Shown here in pieces: positions 63,824 through 64,000 of a stretch of DNA of 64,000 nt. Made by a program: the position numbers and the translations under genes. The stretch's first letter is position 1. Each line of letters opens with the position of its first letter. Source of the stretch: Polymyxa betae A26-41. Lineage: Eukaryota > Protista > Endomyxa: Phytomyxea. The stretch lies in assembly GCA_003693705.1 (NCBI GenBank), contig RBZT01000546.1, forward strand, positions 62,001 through 126,000, in the 5' to 3' direction. Below the pieces are notes generated by a model. The model had not been told where the DNA came from, did no database searches, and was given only the letters and a program-made list of their open reading frames with translations.

Positions 63824-64000
63824 GTCCTTACCAACGGATAATGCACAAATACATTCGGAAGGTAGTTATAAAACTAGAGATATCAAACAGCGAGGCAAAG
63901 ACAGACGTTTGGATGGATTTGTAAATACAGCTTAATCATTTATCAATTAAGGATGATGCAAATTAAACACAACACGATTATGCGTTTCAATGCATGAATC

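Overview
Gene-dense eukaryotic nuclear DNA, not prokaryotic: about 33 protein-coding genes, most split by many short (~45-60 nt) GT-AG introns, with intergenic gaps often under 200 bp. The ORF track is therefore mostly exon fragments. Compact introns, flagellum-associated genes (TEX9, LC8, PKD2-like) and scattered TTTTAGGG motifs fit a plasmodiophorid-like protist, but this is inference only. Recognisable genes: RBBP6/Mpe1-like, xanthine dehydrogenase, eIF3b, p31comet, SSSCA1-like, DHHC palmitoyltransferase, PITH protein, RRP6, an intronless TPR-ankyrin protein, a C2H2 zinc-finger protein, TrpRS, fumarase, Yos1, a UCP-like carrier, TEX9, LC8, calpain, MCM5, SF3B5, a Prx5-type peroxiredoxin, mitochondrial ACP, a metallophosphoesterase, FANCD2/FANCI-like, a Slo-family K+ channel, a PKD2-like channel and a P2C ATPase. 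I found no rRNA, tRNA, CRISPR array or intact transposon. Best leads: (1) three adjacent ion-transport genes that each carry non-canonical gating or ion-binding residues; (2) a probably mitochondria-targeted peroxiredoxin that closely resembles the bacterial PGdx Prx domain (possible horizontal transfer); (3) the intronless TPR-ANK gene with an F-box/PRANC-like tail, downstream of a structured 91-bp tandem duplication. All gene models, translations and comparisons to known proteins were done by eye and from memory, so exon boundaries are approximate.
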